Positions 8,678 through 15,572 of a stretch of 24,000 nt of DNA are shown here, piece after piece. Source of the DNA: Pseudomonadota bacterium. GTDB lineage: Bacteria; Pseudomonadota; Gammaproteobacteria; Steroidobacterales; Steroidobacteraceae. The notes under the pieces were generated by a model. The model was not told where the DNA came from, did not search any database, and saw nothing but the letters and a program-made list of their open reading frames with translations. Each line of letters starts with the position of its first letter. The first letter of the stretch is position 1. A program made the position numbers and the translations under genes. Location: contig JANXUT010000009.1 of the NCBI GenBank assembly GCA_025356075.1, positions 1 through 24,000 on the forward strand, read 5' to 3'.

Positions 8678-9029
8678 CGCAGATCCGCCATCGGGACGCG
8701 GTCCACGGCCGCTTGAGGGCGCGCGAGGGGTGGGGCACGTACGGCGGCGGGCTGGCTAGCGCGCCGAAATGGCTAGTTCGCGACACAATTGCCTACGCCG
8801 TTTCAGCAGGTCGGGCCACGAGCGGCGAGCGAAGCTCGCTGCGCTGCCCCTGGCACTCACTGCGGGCCGGCCTGACGCCTACCGGGGTTAGCTGAACGCA
8901 ATCTGTAGCTTGGCGTAGCGTGGCGCAGAGGCGGATACTGAGTGGGTAACAGCGGACTCACGCTCGATACTTGGCGTGCAAACCGGCGATTCTCGGCGAC
9001 CGCAGGTCACAACTAAAAGGAAGTCAGGC

Positions 9030-9563
9030 ATGAAGGCGCGCATTGCGATTTCGTTGGCGGCAACCTGCCTGGTGCTCGGTACTGGGGTCGGTTGGGCGGC
9101 AAAGACGGCGACGGGGCCCGGGATCGACGCGTTGCGCAGCCTTCCGCCAACGGAGGCGGCCGCGAAGGCGCTCGCCGCTGCCGAGACGCTGGCGGGCAAG
9201 GGCAGCTGGGAGCTCATCGCCGTCGCGCGCGTCCATTATCTCGGTGGCGACAAGGCACACGGCCAGGCGATCTTCGATCGCGTGACGAGCGGCAAGCCCG
9301 AGGGTAGCGACTGGCAGCGCATCGGCGAGGTGTACGCGGCAGCCGGCGACACGGCGAAGGCGGAGGATTGCTTCCAGAAGGCGCTGGCCCTGAATCCGAA
9401 GGACGACACCGGGCAGGCGGAGGTCGGCACCTGGTACATCCGCAACGGCCAACGCGAAAAGGGCGAAGAGCTGCTCGGCCGCGCACTCGCGCGCAACCCC
9501 GACAACGTCTGGCACTACGTCCGGGCCGCCGAGGCGTACCTTAAAGTGCCGGAAGGCCGCTGA
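9030..9563 (+). CDS. secreted tetratricopeptide (TPR) repeat protein
   Basis: The ORF track gives 8976..9563. I chose the start at ATG 9030 (AAGGAAG SD upstream; MKARIAISLAATCLVLGTGVGWA signal peptide). TPR-like helices: 'IGEVYAAAGDTAKAEDCFQKALALNPKD', 'GTWYIRNGQREKGEELLGRALARNPDN'. Confidence 0.8.
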   Translation: MKARIAISLAATCLVLGTGVGWAAKTATGPGIDALRSLPPTEAAAKALAAAETLAGKGSWELIAVARVHYLGGDKAHGQAIFDRVTSGKPEGSDWQRIGEVYAAAGDTAKAEDCFQKALALNPKDDTGQAEVGTWYIRNGQREKGEELLGRALARNPDNVWHYVRAAEAYLKVPEGR

Positions 9564-9906
9564 GGCAGGGTCTGCGCATAGCCGAGCTGGGTCGGGATCG
9601 GCTCGGGGAGACTGCCTCGCGCGGATCCCGGACCTCGAGAATGGTTAGCAGGACGTCCGGGCTCGTCGAAACACGATGCGGCCAGTGTTGAAGCCTTGAC
9701 GGCGGCCCTGACGTCATCGTTCGAACGGCGAGTCGGAGGATGTTTCAGTACCGGCCGCGGGTGGCCGTTCCTTGCGGCAAACGCCGAATCGATCTTGCGA
9801 TTCTATGCGCGCGCGACTGCGCCTTCCAGGAAGTTGCCTGACTTACTACGTGCCGAGCTGCGCCCGTATTGCAATGAACAGAGCCCGAGCCAGCCAGGAT
9901 GAGAAG

Positions 9907-10338
9907 ATGAAGAAACTGGATGTGAGCGATGCCCTGTCGGCGTCGAAGCTGATCTCGAAGCGAATCGCCGATCTCGGCGACTGGCGCGGTGAAATCCTGG
10001 GACGAATGCGCAAACTCATCCACGAGGCGGACCCGGACGTCATCGAGGAGTGGAAGTGGATGGGCACGCCGGTCTGGTCGCACGACCGCATCATCTGCAC
10101 GGGCGAGTCTTACAAGAGTGTCGTGAAGCTCACCTTCGCGAAAGGCGCATCGCTCAAGGATCCGGCCCGCCTATTCAACTCGAGCCTCGACGGCAACGTG
10201 CGTCGTGCGATCGACATCCACGAAGGGGAGGTAGTGAGTGCTGCCGCCTTCAAGACGCTCGTTCGTCAGGCGATCGCGCACAACGGGACGGCTAAGTCGA
10301 AGGCCCCGAAGAAGGCCTCCAAGAAAGCGAAGACTTGA
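9907..10338 (+). CDS. DUF1801 (YdhG-like) domain protein with Lys-rich C-terminal tail
   Basis: The ORF track gives 9772..10338. The core 'RIADLGDWRGEILGRMRKLIHEADPDVIEEWKWMGTPVWSH...VKLTFAKGASLKDP' matches the DUF1801 pattern. The start is uncertain (ATG 9907 with AGGA upstream, or ATG 9874). Confidence 0.75.
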   Translation: MKKLDVSDALSASKLISKRIADLGDWRGEILGRMRKLIHEADPDVIEEWKWMGTPVWSHDRIICTGESYKSVVKLTFAKGASLKDPARLFNSSLDGNVRRAIDIHEGEVVSAAAFKTLVRQAIAHNGTAKSKAPKKASKKAKT

Positions 10339-10414
10339 GGGATTCCGCCGCCGAATGCGTCCAAGTGTTCGTGTTCGATGACCGCCGGTTCGAGCATCGG
10401 CCCGAACTCATCAG

Positions 10415-10681
10415 CTACCGCAGCTGACTGTCCTTGCTGCCGCGGCGGTTGTAGCCACTGAACTGGCGCGCCTCCGTATCCTTCTCGGCCTGGCAGGCGA
10501 CACAGAGCCGGACTCCGGGCATCGCGATCCGACGCGCTTCGGGAATGGCTGACGCGCAACTCGAGCAATGGGTCGCCGAGGGTCCGGACTGCAACTTCTG
10601 CTGCGCGCGCAGGATCCCGTCCTTGACGGTCGCGTCAATCTGGTCCTGAACGGCGCCGTCACCGGCCCAACCTGTCGCCAC
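10415..10681 (-). CDS. TraR/DksA-family C4-type zinc-finger protein
   Basis: C-terminal 'HCSSCASAIPEARRIAMPGVRLCVACQ' is CxxC-N17-CxxC with the family-typical 'IPxARRxAxPGVxxCVxCQ'. I chose the start at GTG 10681 (GGGAGG 4 nt upstream), giving 88 aa, the usual family size. The longest ORF (to 10843) adds a low-GC3, R/G/W/C-rich extension. Confidence 0.75.
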   Translation of the reverse strand: MATGWAGDGAVQDQIDATVKDGILRAQQKLQSGPSATHCSSCASAIPEARRIAMPGVRLCVACQAEKDTEARQFSGYNRRGSKDSQLR

Positions 10682-11006
10682 GCATCCTCCCAACCCAGCA
10701 ATCCGGACCCTAGCGGCGAGCGACCTGCTCGTCACCTTTCCGCCCGCGCGCCACTCCCATCCGGGACACCAGTCGGGGCGTGGCTTGCCGCAGCGAGACG
10801 CTAAGTCTATCGCACGCCTGCCGCTGGGTAACGCACCAATCACCGAACCGCAGCCAGGAGGCGTCGTCTCTTAAAGGTTAACTATCAATCAGTTACGGTC
10901 ATGCCGGCGACGGGCGCAAACCCGTCCGACCGACCTCCGCTTCGTCGGCGAGGAGACGGCGGAGCCGCTCACCGGGCGCCCCCCGTAGCGCGGCTCGTCG
11001 ATCCGA

Positions 11007-12332
11007 TCAGGGTTGGCGAGCCAATTCCCGGCGGTAGACCGTGCCACCCTTCATGACGAAGCCGACGTGTTCGGTGGTCGTGATGTCCTGGAGCGGATTC
11101 AGGGGGACTGCCACGAGGTCGGCAAGCTTTCCGGCCTCGACGGTTCCAAGGCGATCCTGCAGGTGGATGATCGTCGCGTTGATGCTGGTCGCCGACACGA
11201 GCGAGGCCATCGGCGCCTCGCCAAGGCGGTGGCGAGTGCGGAACTCGCGAGCATTGGTCCCGTGCGCAATGACAGGCGCGTCGGTTGCGAACCCGATCGG
11301 CAACCCCGCCGCCAGCGCGCGCCGGAAGGCCGCCTCGGCCATCGTGCGGATCTCCCGCATGCGCTCCATCTCCGACGCCGGGAACACGTTCGATTCCTTC
11401 AGGTCCAGGTTCGCATCCAGGAGTGCGAGCGTCGGCACGTAGTAGGTGTCGGGCTGCGCTTTCAGCATGGCCACAGCTTCGTCGTCGAGTCCCGAACCGT
11501 GGTCGATGGTGTGGACCCCCGCTCGAATGGCGGCCTTGATCCCGGCCGTCCCGTGGGCGTGCGCGGCGACATCGCGTCCCCAGCGGCGCGCCTCGACGAC
11601 CGCCGCGCGAATCTCCTCGTCGGAGTACTGTTGCGCGCCCGGCGGTATCCCTTTCGATAGCACGGCGCCCGTCGCGAGGATCTTGATGAAGTCGGCGCCG
11701 TGCTTGAAGTTGGTGCGCACGGCCTTGGTGATTTCCTCCGGTCCATCGGCGAGGTTCCGTACGATCGGGACATCGACGTACGGCGAGTACTGGTGGGCAT
11801 CGCCGGCGCCACCGGTCGATGAAACGTAGGCGCCGGCCACGAGCATGCGCGGGCCAGGAACGGCGCCGCTTTCGATCGCGTCGCGCAACGCGACGTCGGT
11901 GTATGGCCAGTCCGGCCCCATGTCGCGCACGGTCGTGAACCCCGCGAGCAGCGTCACGTACGCCCAATGCGCGCCCCACAAGGCGTCCTCGGCCGGCGTG
12001 GTCTTGAGGAGTGCATCCTCCCAGTGAACGTCGCTGCGCCCGGTCAGGTGCGTGTGCAGGTCGATGAAGCCGGGCAGCAAGGTGGCTGCGCCGAGATCGA
12101 TGACTTCCGCACCACTTGGAACAGCAAGGGAGGCGCCGACAGCCGCAATGCGATCGCCCTCGATACGCACCATGGCGGGCGCGAGCGGTTCGCCGCCACG
12201 CCCGTCGATGAGACGCGCCGCCTTGATGATGGTGACGTGCACGGGAGCCGCCGCGTAGGCAGGCTCAGGCCTTGCGAGGAATGCCCCCGCCAGCACGATC
12301 AGCAGTCGAGTGACGAACGTCCGGTTGATCAT
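11007..12332 (-). CDS. secreted metal-dependent amidohydrolase family protein
   Basis: 441 aa with a signal peptide (RLLIVLAGAFLARPEPAYAA), the HxH metal motif in 'LLPGFIDLHTHL', and later 'DVAAHAHG', 'TIDHGS' and 'GFATDAP', typical of the amidohydrolase superfamily. Confidence 0.88.
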   Translation of the reverse strand: MINRTFVTRLLIVLAGAFLARPEPAYAAAPVHVTIIKAARLIDGRGGEPLAPAMVRIEGDRIAAVGASLAVPSGAEVIDLGAATLLPGFIDLHTHLTGRSDVHWEDALLKTTPAEDALWGAHWAYVTLLAGFTTVRDMGPDWPYTDVALRDAIESGAVPGPRMLVAGAYVSSTGGAGDAHQYSPYVDVPIVRNLADGPEEITKAVRTNFKHGADFIKILATGAVLSKGIPPGAQQYSDEEIRAAVVEARRWGRDVAAHAHGTAGIKAAIRAGVHTIDHGSGLDDEAVAMLKAQPDTYYVPTLALLDANLDLKESNVFPASEMERMREIRTMAEAAFRRALAAGLPIGFATDAPVIAHGTNAREFRTRHRLGEAPMASLVSATSINATIIHLQDRLGTVEAGKLADLVAVPLNPLQDITTTEHVGFVMKGGTVYRRELARQP

Positions 12333-12660
12333 CGGTGTGCCTGTGTCAGTTGAGAGAAGCGATCAGAAGCCATTGTGAGACGCGGAGCATTCATTCATCA
12401 ACGCAGGTCGAGCGGCGGACCCGCATTCGACTAGCACTGACGCGTCCGCCCCGGGAGCACCGAACGGGAACCGTCCAAATAGTGCCCATCAACCGCTGCA
12501 GAGGGCGCGACATTCGGGCCAGCGCAACGCCGATCCGACGGCCCCATTCTGCACTAACGCGAAATGGCCCCGGCAGAGTGCCGTGACCGTCGCCGCCCCA
12601 TCGCACAGGACGGTGCGCGGCGGCGGGCGGCCGCTCGTCCCACCCCAAAGGCGCCCGTAA

Positions 12661-12689
12661 TTGACTTTCTTTCACCTGTCAGTTATTTT
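12661..12689 (+). promoter_or_regulatory. sigma70-like promoter TTGACT-N17-TATTTT for the ArsR-type regulator
   Basis: TTGACT lies at 12661-12666 and TATTTT at 12684-12689 with a 17-nt spacer, inside the only AT-rich patch of this intergenic region. The -10 element ends 6 nt before GTG 12696. Confidence 0.5.
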
Positions 12690-12700
12690 TGACACGTGTC
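12677..12700. promoter_or_regulatory. candidate operator: TGTCA-N8-TGACA inverted repeat overlapping the -10, fused to the perfect palindrome GACACGTGTC across the start codon
   Basis: TGTCA lies at 12677-12681 and TGACA at 12690-12694. GACACGTGTC (12691-12700) is a perfect 10-bp palindrome. This position suits autoregulation by the adjacent wHTH protein. Confidence 0.4.
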
Positions 12701-13028
12701 CTCATTTCCTAAGTCCCCGAGCGGTAATCAGCTGCAGGCGCTGCTCGCGGCGCTCGCGAATCCGCACCGCCTGAGGATCGTCGCGGCGCTCGCGGCGGGC
12801 GGTCGCAACTACGTGAGCCAGCTCGCACGGGAGATCGGCATCAGCCGTCCGTTGCTGCATCTGCACCTGCAAAAGCTCGAGGACGCCGGTGCCGTCACCA
12901 GCAAGCTCGAGTTGTCGAAAGACGGCAAGGCGCTCAACTACTACAGCGTTGCGGACTTCGCATTCGAACTTACGCCCGAGGCGATCGCCAAGGCCGCCAA
13001 GACCCTAACGGAAAAACTTGAAGACTAG
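12696..13028 (+). CDS. ArsR-family winged helix-turn-helix transcriptional regulator
   Basis: 110 aa. 'NPHRLRIVAALAAGGRNYVSQLAREIGISRPLLHLHLQKLEDAGAV' is a typical ArsR/SmtB-type HTH. GTG 12696 is the only in-frame start upstream of the HTH. Confidence 0.85.
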   Translation: MSSFPKSPSGNQLQALLAALANPHRLRIVAALAAGGRNYVSQLAREIGISRPLLHLHLQKLEDAGAVTSKLELSKDGKALNYYSVADFAFELTPEAIAKAAKTLTEKLED

Positions 13029-13036
13029 AGGTTCCC

Positions 13037-13303
13037 ATGTCTGAGCACTACGAAAGCATTTTCCTCGCGGCGTTCTTCTTCCCGGCCGCCGCCGCAGTCC
13101 TCGTCTTCTTCATGAAGTATGTCTCCGCGGTCCTGCAGGCGCGCGTACGGCTCGCCCAGGACGAGGCGTACCGCGAGGTGGCCGCGAAGGCCGCGGCCGC
13201 GGAAACGGAGACGGCCGCCAGGCTCTCATCCTTCGGCGCGGCGCTCGACTCGATCCAGGCCCGGCTGGCCGGGATCGAAAAGATCCTGAAGGACGTCGAG
13301 TAG
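13037..13303 (+). CDS. small single-pass membrane protein with Ala-rich coiled-coil tail (hypothetical)
   Basis: 88 aa, starting 8 nt after the ArsR stop with GAGG upstream. An N-terminal TM segment (IFLAAFFFPAAAAVLVFFM) is followed by an amphipathic helix (QARVRLAQDEAYREVAAKAAAAETETAARL...IEKILKDVE). Confidence 0.65.
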   Translation: MSEHYESIFLAAFFFPAAAAVLVFFMKYVSAVLQARVRLAQDEAYREVAAKAAAAETETAARLSSFGAALDSIQARLAGIEKILKDVE

Positions 13304-13404
13304 CGCACGCGCGCGGGGCCGAGGCTCACCACCCCTCGATCGCGTCGAGGTCCGCCGCGGCCTCGCGAGTCCCCATCGCCATATCAACAGCAAGGAGCAC
13401 ACCC

Positions 13405-13698
13405 ATGAACCGCACCCTCGCAATCCTCACCCTCACATCGACACTCTCGTTCCCGGTACACGCCGCGGACCCCGGTGCCACGGGCGCCGCCGCGATGTCG
13501 GACAAGGAGCGAATCGATTCACTGATCAGGCAGAACCAGATCCTCGCGGAAGACAACGCCACGCTAAGGAGCCAGTGCGAAAAACCAAAGACCAGGGAGG
13601 AGGCATTTGCCGCGTGCATGCAGGCGGCGAAGGGCGGCAGCAGTCCAATGGCGGCCGAATCAATTGGCGGTCACTGCGACCAGCTGCTGAAGAAGTAG
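13405..13698 (+). CDS. small secreted protein, 3 Cys (hypothetical)
   Basis: 97 aa with AAGGAG SD 7 nt upstream and signal peptide MNRTLAILTLTSTLSFPVHA. Confidence 0.7.
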   Translation: MNRTLAILTLTSTLSFPVHAADPGATGAAAMSDKERIDSLIRQNQILAEDNATLRSQCEKPKTREEAFAACMQAAKGGSSPMAAESIGGHCDQLLKK

Positions 13699-13703
13699 TC
13701 CGC

Positions 13704-14438
13704 GTGCCCGGCCACTTGGCACCAGCACCGTCACTCAACGCGACCGCCCGGCTCGCGGGATTCCTCTATCTCCTCGATGCGGTCGCGGCTCCGGTTCGGC
13801 TGATCTACGTTCCGAGCCAGGTCATCGTTGCCGCGGATCCGGGCGCGACCGCGGGCAACGTCGTGGCGCACGAGTTGCTGTTTCGCATCGGGATCGTCAG
13901 CGACCTGTTCTGCGGCGTGGTGGAGATCTTTCTCGTCCTCGCGCTCTACCGCCTCTTGCGGCGCGTCGATCGAGCGCGTGCGACGTTGATGGTCATCCTT
14001 GGCCTCATGACAGTGCCGCTCTTCTTCGTCAACGTTCTCAATGATTCGGCGGTGCTCGTGCTCGCCAAGGGCACGGTCCTGGTATCTCAACTCACGGAGC
14101 CCGTCCGGATCGGCCTGGTGAGCCTCTTCCTGCACCTGCACCGGCAAGAGCTTCTGGCCGCCAGCATCTTCTATGGGCTCTGGCTCTTTCCGCTCGCGGC
14201 GCTCGTCGTACGCTCGGGTTTTCTGCCGCGCTTTCTCGGCCTCTGGCTCGCCGCGAGCGGCGTTGCCTATCTCGCGCTCAGCGTTGCGGGATTCGTTGTC
14301 CTGCAGTACGAATCGACGGTGTCCGTCATCGCGATCCCCGCTCAATTGGGGGAAGTCGCAGTCCTGTTATGGCTCCTGATCTTCGGCGCCAATGGCGGCC
14401 CGCGCAAAGGGACTCCGCGCGCAGCCATGGCGTACTGA
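13704..14438 (+). CDS. DUF4386 family integral membrane protein
   Basis: The ORF track gives 13575..14438. 'ARLAGFLYLLDAVAAPVRLIYVP...AADPGATAGNVVAHELLFRIGIVSDL...LALYRLLRRVD' matches the DUF4386 N-terminal pattern. I placed the start at GTG 13704 (or TTG 13716), just after the upstream gene's stop, because the longest ORF overlaps that gene with an implausible R/G-rich extension. Confidence 0.75.
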   Translation: MPGHLAPAPSLNATARLAGFLYLLDAVAAPVRLIYVPSQVIVAADPGATAGNVVAHELLFRIGIVSDLFCGVVEIFLVLALYRLLRRVDRARATLMVILGLMTVPLFFVNVLNDSAVLVLAKGTVLVSQLTEPVRIGLVSLFLHLHRQELLAASIFYGLWLFPLAALVVRSGFLPRFLGLWLAASGVAYLALSVAGFVVLQYESTVSVIAIPAQLGEVAVLLWLLIFGANGGPRKGTPRAAMAY

Positions 14439-14461
14439 GGCACTTCCGGCAACGGCGCCGG

Positions 14462-14516
14462 CGAGCTGCGCTGTCAAGACGTGGCGCTAGCCACCCACGA
14501 CAGTCGGCGCAGCTCG
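14462..14516. terminator. long imperfect hairpin between convergent genes (possible bidirectional terminator)
   Basis: CGAGCTGCGC (14462-14471) is perfectly complementary to GCGCAGCTCG (14507-14516). Nested inner pairs are CTGTC/GACAG and GTGGC-gcta-GCCAC. There is no clear U-tract. Confidence 0.4.
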
Positions 14517-14527
14517 ACCGCGAGCGG

Positions 14528-14881
14528 TTACTTCGAGCTTCGGGTCGTGTACCAGATCTGCGGCGCGCCCTTGACGCCCGATTTCTCCATCGCCGCCTTC
14601 AATTCGGGCGAGGAGGTGAACGCCTTGGCCTTCTCGAGACTGTGGAACACGTGCGTCACCGTCACGTCGTTCGGATTGTCGGTCGACTGGTAGACCGCCT
14701 GTGCGACGACGCCGAGCTTCACCTGTGTCGCGTGAAAGCCGTCGTAAGCCTTCCGCCAGACTGCGTAATCAGCGACCTCGTGTCGCACGAAGAGATGGAC
14801 ATCGGCCGCGAATGCCGACGCGGCCGTCCCGAATACGCCGAGCGCCAGAATTGCAGCCGCGACGAATGATTTGAGCTTCAT
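14528..14881 (-). CDS. small secreted ferredoxin-like-fold (ABM/Dabb-like) protein, hypothetical
   Basis: The ORF track gives 14528..14962. I chose the start at ATG 14881 (GGAGGA SD; MKLKSFVAAAILALGVFGTAASAFA signal peptide). The mature part 'VHLFVRHEVADYAVWRKAYDGF...NPNDVTVTHVFHSLEKAKAF' resembles small alpha+beta-barrel proteins. The family call is tentative. Confidence 0.6.
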   Translation of the reverse strand: MKLKSFVAAAILALGVFGTAASAFAADVHLFVRHEVADYAVWRKAYDGFHATQVKLGVVAQAVYQSTDNPNDVTVTHVFHSLEKAKAFTSSPELKAAMEKSGVKGAPQIWYTTRSSK

Positions 14882-15008
14882 GAGTCCTCCGACAATGTTG
14901 CGAATCGACTCCGAGGAACCGGAGTAACCGGCCGACTTCGCGGCCTTCACGAACTGTAGCACCGAAGGACTCGGATTTTACGCAGGGCGCAGCGCCCGCC
15001 TGGCACGC

Positions 15009-15242
15009 TCAATGCGCTGGATCTTTCCCGCTTGGTACGAGAGCGACGGTCACCTCGCCAGCGATCTTGGCGAAATCGACATCCTGCGCCGCGAGAGCCG
15101 ATTGGAGGGCGTGCAATCCCGCAATCGCCGGCGCGAAAGTACATTGACTTGCGGCCGCCGACGGAGGGCCAGAGCCCGCCAGGAACGATGCGAGCAGGGT
15201 CGACACGAGCGCTGTCGCGGCTGCGCTGAGCGGACTCTGCAA
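15009..15242 (-). CDS. 77-aa hypothetical protein (possible small secreted protein)
   Basis: The TTG start is preceded by a strong SD (AAAAGGAGG, 5-nt spacer). GC3 is about 70% by hand count. The N-terminus is hydrophobic (LSAAATALVSTLLASFLAG). I recognise no family. Confidence 0.45.
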   Translation of the reverse strand: MQSPLSAAATALVSTLLASFLAGSGPPSAAASQCTFAPAIAGLHALQSALAAQDVDFAKIAGEVTVALVPSGKDPAH

Positions 15243-15325
15243 GCACTCCTCCTTTTCGTAAATGGCCGCTGGCGCCGAGCGCTCGCCGAACGACCCGGCT
15301 CGAAACGCCCGGAGCGTGATCGGCC

Positions 15326-15343
15326 GAGTCGCGTGCGCGACTC
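15326..15343. repeat. perfect inverted repeat GAGTCGCG-tg-CGCGACTC
   Basis: The 8-bp arms lie in the 330-bp gap between the kinase stop and the 77-aa ORF, about 85-100 nt upstream of that ORF's start. It could be an operator or an RNA hairpin. Confidence 0.4.
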
Positions 15344-15572
15344 TGCTACGGCCGGCTCCGCCGCTTCTCGTCCCTGTTTAGAGTGAGGTACGGCGCCTTT
15401 GGTTTGGGCGGCCGGTGCTTTTGTCGACACTCTGATAGTCGGAGACACACCGAACGCGCCCTCGCCCCGCCGGCGCGATCGGTAGCCACGGACCTCGCCG
15501 ACGAAACCGCTCGAAATCAGCAGGTTACGGAAGTCCGTCGAGCACAATAGCCTGCCGGGGCCGTGCGGCCGC

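Noticed and set aside
8610-8786. 59-codon N-terminal extension of bioB in the ORF track.
   Set aside because: The sequence ([37 protein letters not shown]...) is unlike BioB. The internal ATG 8609 has an SD and gives a normal-length BioB.
8906-8990. tRNA-like string 'gtagcttggcgtagcgtggcgcagaggcgg' in the bioB/TPR intergenic region.
   Set aside because: I could build no cloverleaf. There is no T-arm (GGTTCGAATCC-like) motif, no matching acceptor stem and no anticodon arm, so the resemblance is superficial only.
10969-11979. 336-aa minus-strand ORF overlapping the amidohydrolase in another frame.
   Set aside because: It is Arg-rich junk translation. The amidohydrolase frame carries the HxH and other metal-ligand motifs.
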